A stretch of 64,000 bases of DNA from an uncultured Veillonellaceae bacterium (GCA_963805085.1 CAWDTA010000002.1:1696001-1760000), one strand, 5' to 3'. Counted from the first letter of the stretch, positions 49,978 through 60,925 are shown. Numbers and translations: made by a program. The notes: generated by a model from the sequence alone, not told the origin.

Positions 49978-50103
49978 ATGGATAAATTTTTGTATCCGTG
50001 GCAGTCACATGTTATGAAAGAACATCCGTGGGCGATGCCGCTATTTATGTTAACCGTAGCATTGCTTCTTTCCATCGTTACTTGGATTAGACAAAAAAAG
50101 TAA
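49978..50103 (+). CDS. 41-aa membrane microprotein downstream of gerB
   Basis: AGGAG RBS; MDKFLYPWQSHVMKEHPWAMPLFMLTVALLLSIVTWIRQKK. Confidence 0.5.
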   Translation: MDKFLYPWQSHVMKEHPWAMPLFMLTVALLLSIVTWIRQKK

Positions 50104-50144
50104 TCAAAGAAATTCAAAATATAGAAAATATGGCCTGACTAAAT

Positions 50145-50200
50145 AAAATGTATCCTATAGGATAAACTCTAGAAAAAGGGTAGCCTATAGGATACATTTT
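50145..50200 (+). terminator. Hairpin after first ger operon
   Basis: AAAATGTATCCTATAGG...CCTATAGGATACATTTT. Confidence 0.7.
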
Positions 50201-50333
50201 TGTGTAATGAAAGCAGTGATTTTAAAGGTAGTCAAATAAAATCGTCCCTGATTTTTGGATAATATTTCGATTAAATACATGTTTATTCTATTTTTGGATA
50301 AGCTATCCAGGAGATTTCTGAGGGGGATTAAAT

Positions 50334-51938
50334 ATGGCTAAACTACTGCGATGGAGGCTTCGTAAGCTATCCGAGAAATTACAAAAACAGGTTGAGCAAC
50401 TAAAAGATATTGGGGCAGTAATCAGGGCTGCAATAAAAGATATACATAACTTTAAAGAGCCAACAGAAAAAACTTTCATTTTTACAAAAAATATTGAAAG
50501 TAAGGAGCGATTAGTGCGAAGTGCTTTATCACGTTGTGATGATATTAAGTATCGCTCATTTCAGGCGGGCAAAGCGAAAGCGTTATTAGTGTATTTAAGT
50601 GGACTTACAGATACAAATAAACTGGAAAAGACAGTAATTGAATGTCTAACTAGCAGGTTAGAAAGCAATGAATCAGTTAGGGACATAAACAAGATTATCA
50701 ATTTCTTGATTATTACCGCAAATGTTACAGTTGTTACGGAAACAAAGGAAGCAATAGCTAACATTCTGAAGGGGAACGCCCTTTTGTTAATTGATGGTAT
50801 TTCAGACACATTATCGATTGATATTGCCAAATATGAAAAAAGACAAATTAGCAAGTCAGAAAACGAAGATGTTGCAAGAGGACCCCATGATGCCTTTAAC
50901 GAAACACTTGTCGATAATATCGCTTTAGTAAGACGACGCTCAAAAGACCCAGACTTAAAAATTGAGATTTTTGAGATTGGTGAGAGAACACAAACTTCAG
51001 TCGCATTACTCTATGTTGATGACATTGTAAAGGCTAGCTTGGTGGACGAGATTAGAAATCAACTGCTCACGATTCACATTGACAAGGTTATCCTTTCTGC
51101 GAATATTGAAGAGTTCTTAAGTAACGAGGTTTGGAATCCGTTTCCCCAAGCGATAAGTACTGAAAGGCCTGACAAGGTAGTTGCTGGTTTATATGAAGGC
51201 AGGATAAGTATTATTGTTGATAATACTCCGGCGGCGCTAATCCTCCCAGTATCCCTTCAAGATTTTATGCAATCTGTTGATGATTATACGCAAAGACCTG
51301 CCGTAGCGAGTCTAACACGATTAACCCGTTATTTTGCGGCTTTTATTGCTGTTTTTTTGCCGGCGTTTTATGTGAGCATAGTTTCTTACCATCCTGGGAT
51401 GCTGCCATCTGGACTTGCTTTTTCTATTGCTGAGCTCAGGGGGAAGACTCCATTTCCAGCATTATTAGAGGCATTTCTGATGGAAGGTCTTTTAGAAATC
51501 TTCCAAGAAGCGATTGTTCGGTTGCCGCAAAAGCTGGCTGCAGCTGCAGGGGTTGTAGGAGCGTTGGTTATCGGTACGACAGTTGTAGAAGCAGCGTTAG
51601 TGAATGCACTATTGGTAGTTGTAATCGCGCTTACCGGTTTATCCTCATTTAGTATGCCTTCCTATACGTTCGGCATGGCTTTACGTTTCCTTCGCGTTGC
51701 AGCGCTGATCGCTGCCGCTGTTTTTGGTTTGTACGGTGTTGGGATCTCTTTTATCGTAATGGTTGTTTTTCTTTGTTCGTTGCATACATATGGCGAATCT
51801 TATCTGGGGGATCTTTTTGATATTACCCTGATCAAAGACTGGAAAGATGGGGTACTGCGATTTCCAGCTAAATTTTTAACGTCTCGTCCTAAAAGACTTG
51901 GAACTGAAGATAAAACTAGAATAGGTGGTGAGAAGTAG
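50334..51938 (+). CDS. Spore germination receptor A subunit
   Basis: RGPHDAFNE, TERPD, PFPALLEA, EAIVRLP. Confidence 0.94.
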   Translation: MAKLLRWRLRKLSEKLQKQVEQLKDIGAVIRAAIKDIHNFKEPTEKTFIFTKNIESKERLVRSALSRCDDIKYRSFQAGKAKALLVYLSGLTDTNKLEKTVIECLTSRLESNESVRDINKIINFLIITANVTVVTETKEAIANILKGNALLLIDGISDTLSIDIAKYEKRQISKSENEDVARGPHDAFNETLVDNIALVRRRSKDPDLKIEIFEIGERTQTSVALLYVDDIVKASLVDEIRNQLLTIHIDKVILSANIEEFLSNEVWNPFPQAISTERPDKVVAGLYEGRISIIVDNTPAALILPVSLQDFMQSVDDYTQRPAVASLTRLTRYFAAFIAVFLPAFYVSIVSYHPGMLPSGLAFSIAELRGKTPFPALLEAFLMEGLLEIFQEAIVRLPQKLAAAAGVVGALVIGTTVVEAALVNALLVVVIALTGLSSFSMPSYTFGMALRFLRVAALIAAAVFGLYGVGISFIVMVVFLCSLHTYGESYLGDLFDITLIKDWKDGVLRFPAKFLTSRPKRLGTEDKTRIGGEK

Positions 51939-53053
51939 TGGCGAATCTTGAGGCAAAGTCCAAAATGTCGTCTTGGCAATTTGGGATTGTCGTCACATCC
52001 GGTTTACTTACCGCGCGACTTTTATCAACAACAAGTTATATAGTAAGTGCTTCGGAACAATTTTTATGGTTGAGCTCGGCTTTGGCGGGATTGCTTTTTT
52101 ATTTAGCAGCCTATTTAATGATTCGTCTTGGACAGCAGTTTCCGGAAGAAACAATTGGTGAATATATTCCTCGATTGTTTGGCAAAACGTTCGGGGGTGG
52201 TGTTTTTCTTGTTTTTATCACAGTACTGCTCGTAAATATCATCAATTGCGTAGCAGCGCTTACTAAGCTGGTTTCGATATTCCTGTTTGATCAGACTCCG
52301 CAAGCGATTTTAATTCTTGTTCTATTGCTGGCTGTAGCTTACTGCGTTATGCAGGACTTTGGAACGATCTTGCGTGTAATTCAGATTTTGGGTTTTGCAC
52401 TGCCTTTGCTTTATATTTTTTATAGCCTTATTTGGCTCAATTTTGAACCCTTAAATGTACTGCCACTTTGGCCAGATAGTTTTATCGGGATATTGAAGGG
52501 GGTTATGTATCATATAGCTTATTATGCAGGATATGAGTCCTTGCTCGTGCTTTTGCCGCTGGCAAGGCGTGGAAAAGTTAGTTTCGCGCGCACTGTCGGC
52601 TGGGGATTCCTAATCGTCACGCTAATCTATGTCTTTGGCGGCTTAGTATTAGTCGGCAGTATCTCGGCGAAGACAATTGCAAGTGTTCCGCAACCAGTAA
52701 TTTATGCCATGAAGAGTATAGAGTTGCCAGGAACTTTTATTGAGCGGCTAGAAAACTACATGATTATGTTTTTTATGCCAGTAACGTATATTTCGATGGT
52801 GCTAAGTTATTTCGCTTTAGCAGAAGGCTGCCGGAAATATTTACACTACAATGATCACCGGACCTTTGTTCCGGTATTTTTACCGCTGATTTTTTTCATG
52901 AGTATCTTTGTTGATACACCAGAACGTTATGATGTATTTCGATATTTTGGTATGTATGTAATCTTATTTTTTTCTTTTGTTATCATTCCGATACTACTAT
53001 TTCTAGTCTGGTGGAAGAAAGGCAGGGGTAAAAATGCTAAGCAGTATAAATAA
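51938..53053 (+). CDS. Spore germination receptor B subunit
   Basis: TP motif, YAGYE, FIERLE, multi-TM. Confidence 0.9.
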   Translation: MANLEAKSKMSSWQFGIVVTSGLLTARLLSTTSYIVSASEQFLWLSSALAGLLFYLAAYLMIRLGQQFPEETIGEYIPRLFGKTFGGGVFLVFITVLLVNIINCVAALTKLVSIFLFDQTPQAILILVLLLAVAYCVMQDFGTILRVIQILGFALPLLYIFYSLIWLNFEPLNVLPLWPDSFIGILKGVMYHIAYYAGYESLLVLLPLARRGKVSFARTVGWGFLIVTLIYVFGGLVLVGSISAKTIASVPQPVIYAMKSIELPGTFIERLENYMIMFFMPVTYISMVLSYFALAEGCRKYLHYNDHRTFVPVFLPLIFFMSIFVDTPERYDVFRYFGMYVILFFSFVIIPILLFLVWWKKGRGKNAKQYK

Positions 53054-54266
53054 AGTAAATGCTATGCATGTAGTCTGGCGAATTGCCATAGTATTATTTG
53101 GCATTTTCACTTGTTTGATTACAACAGGTTGCTGGGATGCGAAAGAAATACAAGATCGTAATTTTGTTTTGGTCGCCGCGATTGATGATGCAGATATAGT
53201 TGAGAAATCAGAGTCTGAAAAACAAAAAGCCCAAACTGAGACCTTTGTTCAGAAGCATGGTACAAAAGAATATATGCTTAGTCTTCAAATCCTGAAGATT
53301 GCTAAAAGTGACGGTAAAGGAGGAACACAAGCCAAAAATACTTTTGTTATATCGGATACTGGAAAACCAATGTTTGAAATGGTACGCGATATGCTTGGAC
53401 AGAGCAGTAAGAGTATCTTTTTTGAACATCTTGAGGCGATTGTTATAAGCGAGGCTGCGGTAAAAAAGAGCGGTCTACGACCAATTCTTGATTTTTTTCG
53501 TCGTGATCCAGAAATGCGTTCGCGGACAAAAATATTTATTACGCCTGGGGAAGCCAAAGTAATCGCTAATTTTAATCCACCAACAGGGGAAGCGGGCGGG
53601 CTATATCTGACTGGTCTAGTTAGGAATCATAAGAAAAACATTCATGTAGGTGGGGCTAAAACTGATGTTGGTTTTATTACCCAAGCGATGGATAATAGCG
53701 CTGATTACGCAATACCTAGGCTAGAATATGCTGATAACGTGCCAAAGCTAGGTGGGACAGCATTATTTAAAAACGACATGTTAGTAGGATATGCTGATGA
53801 ATATATTACCCGCGGGCTTAAGTTTATATATGGCACAGAAAAGTCAGCAGTTATATCTATCGCTTGCCCTGACCATCCAGATCAACAAATTGTCTATGAG
53901 TTGTTTAATCACGATACAAAGCTTACGCCACATATTGAAGGAGGCACGATTTATTTTACATTAGATATCGCGATGCAGGGGAATGTTGGGGAAGTAAATT
54001 GTGCGGCTAAACATGATATACATGATTTGCAATTTTTGCATAGTATAGAAGAGTTAATTGCCAAAGAAGTGTCACAAAACGCTCAAGATTGTTGGACGTT
54101 TCAGCAGGGCTTAGGTATTGATATTCCCAATGCTAAGGGAAGATTTAAAGCATATCATCCCTTTGAATGGAAAAAAATTAAAGATCGTTGGGAGGAAATT
54201 TACCCAACAATCCCTCTGATTGTTTCCGCCAATGTGAATGTTCGAGGAACTGGTGAGCATGATTAG
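53034..54266 (+). CDS. Spore germination receptor C subunit
   Basis: TGCWDAKEIQDR; FFRRDPEMR. Confidence 0.92.
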   Translation: MLSSINKVNAMHVVWRIAIVLFGIFTCLITTGCWDAKEIQDRNFVLVAAIDDADIVEKSESEKQKAQTETFVQKHGTKEYMLSLQILKIAKSDGKGGTQAKNTFVISDTGKPMFEMVRDMLGQSSKSIFFEHLEAIVISEAAVKKSGLRPILDFFRRDPEMRSRTKIFITPGEAKVIANFNPPTGEAGGLYLTGLVRNHKKNIHVGGAKTDVGFITQAMDNSADYAIPRLEYADNVPKLGGTALFKNDMLVGYADEYITRGLKFIYGTEKSAVISIACPDHPDQQIVYELFNHDTKLTPHIEGGTIYFTLDIAMQGNVGEVNCAAKHDIHDLQFLHSIEELIAKEVSQNAQDCWTFQQGLGIDIPNAKGRFKAYHPFEWKKIKDRWEEIYPTIPLIVSANVNVRGTGEHD

Positions 54267-54503
54267 CTAAGAAAATAAGAGCTTAACTAGGAAAAATAGT
54301 ATGGCTGTGCTACCCCAGACTGTTGTAGTCCACCAAGCAAGATAAGCATCACCTGTATTTTGGGACTGTCTATTTGAGGTTTTGAAAAGCTGCCATGAAA
54401 TCTTGGCTGAAATTATGCAAGTTAGTATCATCCATAATGAACAATAATGTAAGATGATGTATATGACATGCTGATAGATTGAATAAAAATGCAAATTTGC
54501 CAT
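54267..54503 (-). CDS. Small 2-TM hypothetical membrane protein
   Basis: AGGAGGAG RBS; two hydrophobic segments. Confidence 0.5.
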   Translation of the reverse strand: MANLHFYSIYQHVIYIILHYCSLWMILTCIISAKISWQLFKTSNRQSQNTGDAYLAWWTTTVWGSTAILFFLVKLLFS

Positions 54504-54612
54504 AGCTCCTCCTAGGATCGTTTTAGTTATTATTACAAGTTGGTTAATTTTTTATGTTAGTAGTATCTAAAAGTGAGATTGACCCAATAGAGCAAGAAGT
54601 GATCAAGATGGT

Positions 54613-55329
54613 CTACTGATCTGATTTCATATCAGCATAAACCTTACCTTCAGGTGTTAATATGGCTACAGTTACATCCTTTATATCAGTTATGCCTTGA
54701 AGCTGTAATTGCTCTTGTAACCATACTTCTGAAATATGTAGTAATGATAAATTCTGCTGCAGTATTTCTCCATTGATAACCAATTCTTTACCGGTGTATT
54801 GAGATGCTGTAGCTATATTATTTTGTTTGGAAATGTTTAAGTCCTTGGCTGTCACCGCTCTATATTCAGCCTTTTTAAGTATACTCAATTGGCCATTAGT
54901 CTCTAAAATGCCGACTTCAACTTCATTGGGGTCGAAAATTTGTTTTTCTCTGAGCTGGGCTAAAAGATCGCTAGCACTATAAAATCCAGTAGCAAGGTTA
55001 CTTTCTAATATTTTACCAGCACGAATAACTACTCTTGGCTGATCATTCAACAATTTTTTCACAGGCGCGTTATGTAAAGTGATTATATTCATTGTAATAA
55101 CTAAAATAGTCCATGTAGTGAAGCATAAGAGTTCCGTAGTAAGAGAAATCGATTTATTTGCCATCGCTGAAGCTGCAAGCGAACCAATGGTGGTACCTGC
55201 TAAATAATCAAAAAATGTTAGTTGTGAAATTTGCTTTCTTCCTAATAGTCGAGCGATTACCAGTACGATAAAAAAAACAAAAGTTGTACGCAATATTGGT
55301 TCGAAGATAGATGGTTCCAAAGCTTGCAT
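54613..55329 (-). CDS. DUF421 (YetF) family membrane protein
   Basis: RLLGRKQISQLTFFD, QLREKQIFD..EV..ILETNGQLS. Confidence 0.92.
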   Translation of the reverse strand: MQALEPSIFEPILRTTFVFFIVLVIARLLGRKQISQLTFFDYLAGTTIGSLAASAMANKSISLTTELLCFTTWTILVITMNIITLHNAPVKKLLNDQPRVVIRAGKILESNLATGFYSASDLLAQLREKQIFDPNEVEVGILETNGQLSILKKAEYRAVTAKDLNISKQNNIATASQYTGKELVINGEILQQNLSLLHISEVWLQEQLQLQGITDIKDVTVAILTPEGKVYADMKSDQ

Positions 55330-55559
55330 TATTGTAAGTCTCCTTCCGAGGATTTAGCTTTATAATTTCCTTTTTCCTAAAATTTTACTAAGGAAATAAC
55401 TGGATGATAAAAAAGCTGCCTACTGTGAAAGTCTAACTTGGAATTTGTAATGACGAAATAGCTTCTGAAATTGTTTTTTTATGAGTAAGAAATGATACTA
55501 TATGGGGATAGCCTTTGCTTTTGTGTGAAGGGCCTAGGTTTGGTAGGAGGATTTTATTT

Positions 55560-55789
55560 ATGGGTTATGGTTTAAGTTTATTGGCGAGATTAGGGATTAC
55601 TTTAGAGGTATTTAAAATAGCATTTGCTGCGGGATTATCCTGGATGGTTGCTTCAACAATTACTGAAAATGCATATCCGATTTAGGACGTATCTTAGACG
55701 AGATTGAAGATAAGTTTCCAGACTTAAATGAAAAAGATGTTATATTTAGAAGCCAGTTGCTAAAGATTGGTACTACATCAGATGAATAA
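55560..55789 (+). pseudogene. Internally deleted aromatic-acid-exporter/FUSC-like gene
   Basis: AGGAGG RBS; MGYGLSLLARLGITLEVFKIAFAAGLSWMVA...YPI* then an out-of-frame hydrophilic tail LGRILDEIED... Confidence 0.5.
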
Positions 55790-56071
55790 TAATTTTTAAT
55801 AGGGGTATCATGCCTGCCAGTGATCCCATATCCATTAAAGCAACATTTTGTAAATGAAGTAGAAATAGTATCACTTGACTATATTAAGTGCACATGATAA
55901 TTAAGCATATAAAGTTGGTTCCAAAACGTTTAAGAGTTAAAAAGTTCCTTCTACTGCATCACATTTAGAAAACCTATATAATATTGCTCTGAAGTTTGGT
56001 TCCCGATTGAGAAAAAGAAATAGTCTATGTATGAGACAAAAGAAAGTACATACTTTGGTTATATTACATGT

Positions 56072-56116
56072 AAAAAGCGGGCTGACTAGTGAAATTACTA
56101 GTCAGCTCGTTTTTTA
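56072..56116. terminator. Intrinsic terminator hairpin
   Basis: AAAAAGCGGGCTGACTAGT...ACTAGTCAGCTCGTTTTTT. Confidence 0.75.
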
Positions 56117-56303
56117 TTTAGTATTATTGCCACCGGTAAAACTGTTGGAGCAGAATAGATGGACCACCTAATTTTTTGACATAGTAAATGCATATTTTCA
56201 TGTGTAGTATTTTCTACAAAATTAGGGGATTATATAACGATTACTTGTTATTGTTAGAATAATATACAAGTTGAATAGATCATGAAAAGAAAGTACTTAC
56301 TAG

Positions 56304-56355
56304 TACCTGTGTCTTGTCACATGTATTGACATATAAAAAGGTGATGAATTACAAT
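56304..56355 (+). promoter_or_regulatory. NiaR-like operator and sigma-A promoter of nadABC
   Basis: TACCTGTGTCTTGTCACATGTA resembles the NiaR box (GTGTCNNGACAC core), abutting TTGACA-18-TACAAT. Confidence 0.6.
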
Positions 56356-56438
56356 GAGTATGGAAATATTATGGCTAACAAACTGCATTTGGATTGAAAT
56401 GAACAAAAAATATAGCTAAAAGAGATGGAGGAAAGGTA

Positions 56439-57344
56439 ATGCTAAATTTAAAAACGGAGATACAGCGACTGAAAAAAGAAGCTAATGCGGTAATCTTAGC
56501 TCACAACTATCAGTTAGAGGAAGTGCAAGAAATTTCTGATTTCATAGGAGATTCTTTTTATTTAAGTAAGATTGCTGCTACGACAAAGCATGATGTTATT
56601 GTCTTTTGCGGAGTTCACTTTATGGCAGAAACAGCTAAACTTTTATCTCCAGAAAAAGCTGTTTTATTGCCGGAAAAAGATGCTGGCTGTCCCATGGCTG
56701 ATATGGTTACAGCGGATGGATTACGTAAACTGAAGCTGGAACACCCTGGGGTGCCAGTTGTGTGTTATGTGAATTCTTCGGCAGAGGTAAAGGCAGAGAG
56801 TGATATTTGTTGCACTTCATCCAATGCGGTAAACATTGTCGCTTCATTAGAGAGTGAGAAAGTAATTTTTGTTCCAGATGAACATTTGGGTGATTATATT
56901 GCCAAGAAGATACCCGATAAACAGTTAATACTTTGGAAAGGTCATTGCATTACGCATGCTAAAGTAAAACCTGAAGAGGTAAAAAAAATTCGTCAGTTGC
57001 ACCCTGACGCTGAGTTATTAATTCATCCAGAGTGTAGTCCTGAGGTTGTAAAGTTGGGAGATTTTGTTGGTAGTACATCTGACATTATTCAGCATGCTGA
57101 GCAATCAAATGCAAAGAGCTTTATTATTGGTACGGAAATGGGAGTAGTTTCTACCTTAAAAGCATCTTTACCAAATAAAAAATTTTATTTAATGCATCCT
57201 GGCTTGGTGTGTCCTAATATGAAAAAGACAAGAGTTCAAAGTGTGTATGAGGCTTTACGTGATCATAAATACGAAATTAATGTTGCAGAAGACATTGCTT
57301 TAAAGGCGCGAAATACATTGCAAAGGATGTTGAAGATAGGATGA
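56439..57344 (+). CDS. nadA: Quinolinate synthase
   Basis: ILAHNYQ, FCGVHFMAE, AGCPMA, YVNSSA, HPEC, CPNMK. Confidence 0.97.
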   Translation: MLNLKTEIQRLKKEANAVILAHNYQLEEVQEISDFIGDSFYLSKIAATTKHDVIVFCGVHFMAETAKLLSPEKAVLLPEKDAGCPMADMVTADGLRKLKLEHPGVPVVCYVNSSAEVKAESDICCTSSNAVNIVASLESEKVIFVPDEHLGDYIAKKIPDKQLILWKGHCITHAKVKPEEVKKIRQLHPDAELLIHPECSPEVVKLGDFVGSTSDIIQHAEQSNAKSFIIGTEMGVVSTLKASLPNKKFYLMHPGLVCPNMKKTRVQSVYEALRDHKYEINVAEDIALKARNTLQRMLKIG

Positions 57345-58933
57345 TGAAAAAACGTAGTTATATCGTTTCACCTAAAGCTCAGCTAAATAGGTTGGAGTCA
57401 AAAAATTATGACGTTGTTATTGTTGGTGCTGGCATTGCTGGAATGAGTGTTGCCTTATCTTTAAATCCTAAATTAAAAGTTGCCCTTATGAGTAAAGAAG
57501 AAATTGATGAAAGCAGTACCTATAAAGCACAAGGCGGTATGGCTATTCCCATTGGGGCTGATGATAGTCCTGAAAAACATATAGCGGATACATTACATGT
57601 TGGCAGAGGCCTATGTCGCCAGCCAGCAGTAGAGGTACTGATTAGAGAGGGGGCCAAAGCGTTAGAGTTTTTAGAATCGCTGGGGACAAACTTTAATCAT
57701 GATGAAAATGGAATATGCCTGTCACGCGAAGCGGGACATTCTGAGAATCGTATCGTTCATTACTACGATTATACCGGGCGCCATATAGCTGAATCTATGG
57801 CAGCAAAAGTAGCAGAAAGATCAAATATAGATTTATTTCACCATTGTTTCTTAGTAGATATTTTAACTAAAGACCAACAATGTAATGGCTGTATTGTTGA
57901 AAATTCTGGTGAGCTTATGGTACTTCATGCCAGTGAGGTTGTAATTGCAACAGGTGGGTATAGTGGTTTGTTTGCTCGGTCAACCAATACCATGACAGCA
58001 AATGGTGATGGTATTGCTGCGGCATATCGGGCTGGTGCTTTTATCGCAGATATGGAATTTGTTCAGTTTCATCCTACTGCCTTTACCACGAATACAGGAA
58101 AAGTGTTTTTGTTGACCGAGGCGTTGCGGGGAGAAGGTGCATATTTACTAAATGATGCTGGCAAAAGGTTTATGCTTGATTATCATCCAAGTGGTGAACT
58201 TGCTCCTCGTGATGAAGTGGCAAGAGGTATCGTTAATGAAATGAAATTAAAAAGTACAGACGTAGTTTATCTGGATGCTAGACATATGGGGGGAAAGTAT
58301 TTAGCTGATCGATTTAGACAAGTGTATTCTGAACTAGTTCAAAATGGTTATTATATGGAACGTGATCTGATACCGATTGCTCCTGCGGCGCATTATACGA
58401 TTGGCGGTATTTTAACCGATCTTTTAGGAAAGAGTACGCTGCTTCATTTATATGCGTGCGGCGAAGCTGCTTCAACAGGAGTGCATGGTGCCAATCGTCT
58501 TGCCAGCAATTCTTTATCAGAAGGAGTAGTCTTTGGTCGTAGAGTAGCTCATGCAATTAATACGGAATTTCATAAAACTGATCTTGTTGCAGTAAGTGAT
58601 ATGGAGGGAGAAAGAGTTTGGTATTCTACTGATATTAAAAAGTTGGGCCAGGATCTGGCTAGGGTAGCTGGTGTGATTCGTAAAGGTGAAGAGTTAAGTT
58701 CTTTACTTGAGACACTAAAATGTGAGGCTGAGGATGAAAAAAACTCTATGGAATCTGTTCAAGGTTATCAAGCTTGCAATGCCTGTCAGCTGGCAGAGTT
58801 ATTATTGGAGGCAGCATTACTTAGACGTGAAAGCAGAGGAACTCATTATCGCGAGGACTATTTGGCAAGAAATGATGTTGATTTTAATAAACATATTGTA
58901 CAGCAATGGGGAAGGAGAACTGCGTTACAATGA
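57341..58933 (+). CDS. nadB: L-aspartate oxidase
   Basis: GAGIAG, AQGG, QFHPT, ELAPRD.VAR, HGANRLASNSL, ESRGTHYR. Confidence 0.96.
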   Translation: MMKKRSYIVSPKAQLNRLESKNYDVVIVGAGIAGMSVALSLNPKLKVALMSKEEIDESSTYKAQGGMAIPIGADDSPEKHIADTLHVGRGLCRQPAVEVLIREGAKALEFLESLGTNFNHDENGICLSREAGHSENRIVHYYDYTGRHIAESMAAKVAERSNIDLFHHCFLVDILTKDQQCNGCIVENSGELMVLHASEVVIATGGYSGLFARSTNTMTANGDGIAAAYRAGAFIADMEFVQFHPTAFTTNTGKVFLLTEALRGEGAYLLNDAGKRFMLDYHPSGELAPRDEVARGIVNEMKLKSTDVVYLDARHMGGKYLADRFRQVYSELVQNGYYMERDLIPIAPAAHYTIGGILTDLLGKSTLLHLYACGEAASTGVHGANRLASNSLSEGVVFGRRVAHAINTEFHKTDLVAVSDMEGERVWYSTDIKKLGQDLARVAGVIRKGEELSSLLETLKCEAEDEKNSMESVQGYQACNACQLAELLLEAALLRRESRGTHYREDYLARNDVDFNKHIVQQWGRRTALQ

Positions 58934-59760
58934 ATAATTTGATCTTAGATGATTTATTACGCAGGTCTTTAGTAGAGGATATTGGAGTTGGGGATATTAC
59001 AAGTGAGGCTATTTTTGCTGATGACCATGTATCTCAAGGGTATCTTATTGCTAAAGAAAATTTTATCTTAGCAGGAATCAATGTATTTACTCGCACATTT
59101 GCTTTATTGGATGAGCGTGTAAAAATAAGAGTACAGTATAAAGATGGTACATTAATTCAACGAGGGGACAAATTTGCAACAATTGAAGGACCTACTAGAG
59201 CCTTGTTGTCAGGTGAACGGGTGGCACTAAATTTCTTACAACGGATGTCGGGAATCGCCACGCAAACGAGTCGATATGTAGAGGTTCTTAAAGAGTGTTC
59301 AGCTACAATCGTTGATACACGCAAAACTACCCCTGGGTTACGCATGCTAGAAAAATATGCTGTGAAAGTTGGGGGCGGGAATAATCATCGTTATGGTTTA
59401 GATGCAATGGTATTAATCAAAGATAACCACATTAAGGCTGCTGGTGGCATTCGCCTAGCAGTAGAGCGCGTACATAGCAATGCTTCTTACTTTAGAAAAA
59501 TTGAGGTGGAAGTAGAAAATTTATCCCAAGTGCAAGAAGCTTTAGAAGCCGGTGTTGACATTATTATGCTAGATAACATGAATTCAACTATGATTAAGCA
59601 GGCTGTCGAAATAATTCAAGGTAAAGCTTTAATCGAAGTTTCTGGCAATGTAGTTTTAGAGAGAATGGCAGAGCTAGCTAGTCTTGGGGTTGATATTATA
59701 TCAAGTGGTGCGTTAACGCATACGGTAAAAGCTGCGGATATTAGTATGCGATTAGAGTAA
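58930..59760 (+). CDS. nadC: Nicotinate-nucleotide diphosphorylase (carboxylating)
   Basis: DTRKTTPGLR, LIKDNH, EVEV, IMLDN. Confidence 0.97.
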   Translation: MNNLILDDLLRRSLVEDIGVGDITSEAIFADDHVSQGYLIAKENFILAGINVFTRTFALLDERVKIRVQYKDGTLIQRGDKFATIEGPTRALLSGERVALNFLQRMSGIATQTSRYVEVLKECSATIVDTRKTTPGLRMLEKYAVKVGGGNNHRYGLDAMVLIKDNHIKAAGGIRLAVERVHSNASYFRKIEVEVENLSQVQEALEAGVDIIMLDNMNSTMIKQAVEIIQGKALIEVSGNVVLERMAELASLGVDIISSGALTHTVKAADISMRLE

Positions 59761-60058
59761 TTTAACAGTTTGGCAACTAAGGCCTACATCCTAGAAATTA
59801 TTTGGATGTAGGCTTTTTCTGAATTATAATTTCGTTAATTCTTTAAATTCTTCTATTGTATTGATCTTGAAATAGCTGAATTATTCCTATTTGCCACCAA
59901 CGATGAGATAGCGCATAGGCTACGGAATAGTTACAATCAATTTACAACGATTTGCTCACAATACTATCATTTTAGGTAGTATCTACCGTAAAAGTGCATA
60001 CTTTCTTTTTATGTAAAATCATATACAATTAGAAGAAAAAGGAAAGAAGCGTTAATAA

Positions 60059-60865
60059 ATGAAATTAATTAATGTAGATGAAACAAAATGTATTCAATGC
60101 GGAATTTGTACAAAAGTTTGTGGACCAGGAATCTTAAAAATGGGGGGGAATGGTCCAGAAGCTATTCAACCGGAAGTTTGTATCGCCTGCGGTCATTGTG
60201 TTGCGGTGTGCCCGCATATGGCACTTGATAATAGCAAGACACCTTTGAAAAGTCAAACTGCTCTGGAGAGATTTCCAGTTCTAACTGCAGAAACAGCAGA
60301 GCAGTTTCTTAGGTCTCGCCGCTCCACCCGCTGCTTTAAACCGATTTCTGTGCCGCGAGAACAGTTACTGCAGTTAATTGAAATTGCTCGTTTTGCTCCC
60401 ACTGCCGGCAATCAGCAAGACGTATCATATAGGGTTGTCGAAAATATGGCAACTCTTAAAAAAGCTACTGAAGTAACGATAGAGTGGATGGAGGCACAAG
60501 GAAAAAATCCGTTGCGTTGGAGTTTCCCTCACCACGTTCGTGCATACCGAGAGACTGGCGTAGATAGGATCTTACGAGATGCTCCCCATCTAATTTTAGC
60601 AACTACGCCCAAAGATTTTTCGCGGGGCCGGGAAAATACGATTTTTTCTCTTGCCTACCTAGAACTATATGCTCCTGCTCTTGGGTTAGGTTCTTGCTGG
60701 GCTGGACTGCTGGAAATGTGTCTATTTGCAAAGCATGCTCCGCTATTGGAGCTATTCAGCATCCCTAAAGATAAGGAGGTCACCGGTGCAGTTATGGTTG
60801 GTTACCCTCAATATCGTTATCAAAGACTAGTAGAACGCAATCCGCTAGATGTTATTTGGCTGTAA
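60059..60865 (+). CDS. Nitroreductase family protein with N-terminal 4Fe-4S domain
   Basis: Two CxxCxxC motifs; RSRRS.R, APTAGNQQ, GLGSCWAG. Confidence 0.93.
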   Translation: MKLINVDETKCIQCGICTKVCGPGILKMGGNGPEAIQPEVCIACGHCVAVCPHMALDNSKTPLKSQTALERFPVLTAETAEQFLRSRRSTRCFKPISVPREQLLQLIEIARFAPTAGNQQDVSYRVVENMATLKKATEVTIEWMEAQGKNPLRWSFPHHVRAYRETGVDRILRDAPHLILATTPKDFSRGRENTIFSLAYLELYAPALGLGSCWAGLLEMCLFAKHAPLLELFSIPKDKEVTGAVMVGYPQYRYQRLVERNPLDVIWL

Positions 60866-60925
60866 TATAGAACATGTACTAACTTTAGCAAAATTACGAT
60901 AAGTATGAATAAAGGATGGAATTCA

